The notes below the pieces were generated by a model. The model worked only from the letters and a program-made list of their open reading frames with translations. It was not told the origin of the DNA and did not search any database. Positions 61,792 to 64,000 of a stretch of DNA of 64,000 nt are shown piece after piece (positions within the stretch are counted from its first letter, which is position 1; every line of letters begins with the position of its first letter). The position numbers and the translations under genes were made by a program. The DNA comes from Felis catus. Taxonomy: Eukaryota. The DNA lies in the NCBI RefSeq assembly GCF_018350175.1, contig NC_058368.1, positions 114,888,001 through 114,952,000 on the forward strand, in the 5' to 3' direction.

Positions 61792-63009
61792 CTGTCCATT
61801 GATCTCAAATTTTTTTGTAATTACGTGTTCTAGAAGACTCATGGTAGTTAATAAAAACTCTTGAGTTTCCAAACTGTCCTTGCCAGAGACAGGTATAGTC
61901 TGCTGTGCTAGGAAATTTCTTTTGCTCTCATTTCAGGCCTGCTTTCTTGAAAGTTACTTGGGTTTTCATATTTCTTAGTCATAATATAAAATTAGAAGGG
62001 TGAAAGTCTGTGGAATGTGATGTTTTCTTCTCTAAGTGAATGTCCTTATTCTTTCTGTTTATTTTGGGTTGAATCTGTGTTCACATCTGATGACTGCTAA
62101 GTAAGTGCTTGACAGTCACTAAATAGCTTATTTATTTTAAAGTGGAATATGGATATTTAGAACCAAAATCAGTTCTGAGACTGCTGAGAACTGATTTTGT
62201 TTGGTCAGTCTCTGAAAATGGCACCGGGACCTTTTCATAATGGCATGATTTGGAGACATAGTATAAGAAAGATACTTTCTTGCAGTGATTTATGCTAAAA
62301 CATCTGGACAGTAAATTGTCTTACAAGTGTTATTTTCAGATGTGTTGAAATGATTGGCCTCCTGTTCTGGTTTTATTCCAGTTGCAGATTGTCTGACTTT
62401 CGGTTTAGTAAAAAATTTGCATTTTGTAATTGTCTACCAAATAGAATGCAGTGTAGCATCTTATTTCAAGGCTTCCTTGCTAATTGTCCTTTAAATTTAA
62501 TGTCAGAGCTTACTTGTCCTGAATTACTTCTTTCTACTTTGAGGCAGAATTATTGGTTTTGTAGATTTAAATACGAAACTCCTCTTCTAGGAATGAAAAG
62601 ATTTATGTTTTGGCTTGCCTTTGTTTTGTGTCTGTATGAACATTGATTATTATTACTTGGTATAAAGAACTTTGAAATACTGTGTAAGAAAAGTTGTAAA
62701 TATTTGACCAGTGATATCCAGTTATCATCTTTAAAGCTCATAATCATAAGTATACTTGTTGCCGGGAAGCAGAACTTACTTGTTTATCTTGCTGCTGCTT
62801 TTTTTTTTTTTGATGATTATGTACTGTGAAAAATATATAAAACCATTATATGTGGGAAAATTGGTTTTTAAAAGTTGGTTGTTCATATAAATACCCTTAG
62901 TGACTTCTCTTGTGATAAAGGATCCCCTTGCCCCTTGACTTTTTCGAAGTGACTATTAAAATTTCTTAATTGAGGAAATGGACTCAAAAGTGTTAGGAGA
63001 ACATTTGTT

Positions 63010-63246
63010 GGTCTTTCTCTCTTTCTCTTTCTCTTTTTCTTTCTTTCAAGTTTGTTTACGCAGATAGAGAGCACACATGTGTGGTCTGGTGAGAAGCAGA
63101 GAGGCGGGTAGAGAGAATCCGAAGCAGGCTCCATGCTGTCAGTGCAGAGCCTGACTTGGGGCTCGATCTCAGCAACTGTGAGATCGTGACCTGAGCCAAA
63201 ATCACGAGTCCAGATGCTTAACTGACTGAGCCACCCAGGTACCCCT
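63010..63246 (-). mobile_element. Can-SINE
   Basis: Typical body with CTTT-type tail. Confidence 0.85.
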
Positions 63247-63334
63247 GGTTTTTCTTTTTTAAAGCAGTGTTAAATTTTATAGCATTCAGAAAAAAAAAAT
63301 CCAGTTTTAAACACTGGAAATTTCTAATCAGTGT

Positions 63335-63606
63335 TTTTTAATTTTTATTTTATTTTTAATGTTTTTATTTATTTTTGAGAGAGAGGGAGAGAGAGAGAGA
63401 GAGGGAGAGAGAGAGAGAGAGAGATTGAGAGATTGAGTGCAAGCAGGGGAGGGGCAGAGAGAGAGAGGGAGACACAGAATCTGAAGCAGGCTCCTGGCTC
63501 TGAGTGGTTAGCACAGAGCCCGATGTGGGGCTTGAACTTGTGAACTACAAGATCATGATCTGAGCCGGAGTTGCACGCTCAACCGACTGAGCCACCCAGG
63601 CACCCT
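63335..63606 (-). mobile_element. Can-SINE with (GA)n
   Basis: TSD tctaatca(g/t)tgttttt. Confidence 0.9.
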
Positions 63607-64000
63607 GTCTAATCATTGTTTTTTTTTAAAGCTGACTCTGTTGGCTAGCTCTTCTTTGCTATATCCACAGCTCTTTCATTTTCGCAAACTCTAGAAGCTA
63701 AAATCAAAATTTTTTTTCTCTTGACTAGGGTTTCCCAGCAAGTACAAAATTAGCTGTTACTTTAAAGCTACCCTGAATCTAGAATTACATTAATTTTAGG
63801 TTATAATGATGAATGTCAGTAACTGTATGGTTGTTTATTTATTTATTATTTGAGGCTTTGGTCAAGTGCTAGTTCTTTCAACTCTCAAGAGTTGACATGA
63901 TTTTAACATTTAAATATGAACATAGATTTATGGAGAATGGTAGATATAGGAGAACCCCTTATTAAATGACACAGTGTTGTGGATGTGTTTAAAAATATTC

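Noticed and set aside
52120..64000. Nested antisense LRRTM2 gene known from CTNNA1 intron 7
   Set aside because: No leucine-rich-repeat ORF on either strand in this window; it would lie further downstream

Overview
This window is mammalian genomic DNA from a felid, judged by abundant feline-type tRNA-derived Can-SINEs (SINEC_Fc-like). It lies inside the + strand gene CTNNA1 (alpha-E-catenin). Six coding exons (exons 2-7 by human numbering, codons 1-354) splice with canonical GT-AG sites and consistent phases. Exon 1/promoter and the exons after exon 7 are outside the window. The rest is intronic: about 52 Can-SINEs (strongly antisense-biased), old L1/L2/MIR fragments, ERV/MaLR solo LTRs, DNA-transposon relics, microsatellites and small duplications. 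The most interesting observation is that exons 2+3 total exactly 303 nt and sit between inverted SINEs and long introns; back-splicing would create a stop-free, in-frame circular ORF (junction CAA G|AA ATG). Other candidates are a 70/66-nt cryptic exon in intron 3, a stop-containing alternative acceptor on exon 5, an ancient ~420-bp duplication with a conserved core, a perfect 15-bp hairpin and multi-layer nested transposons. Repeat family names come from recalled consensus sequences, and repeat boundaries are approximate.
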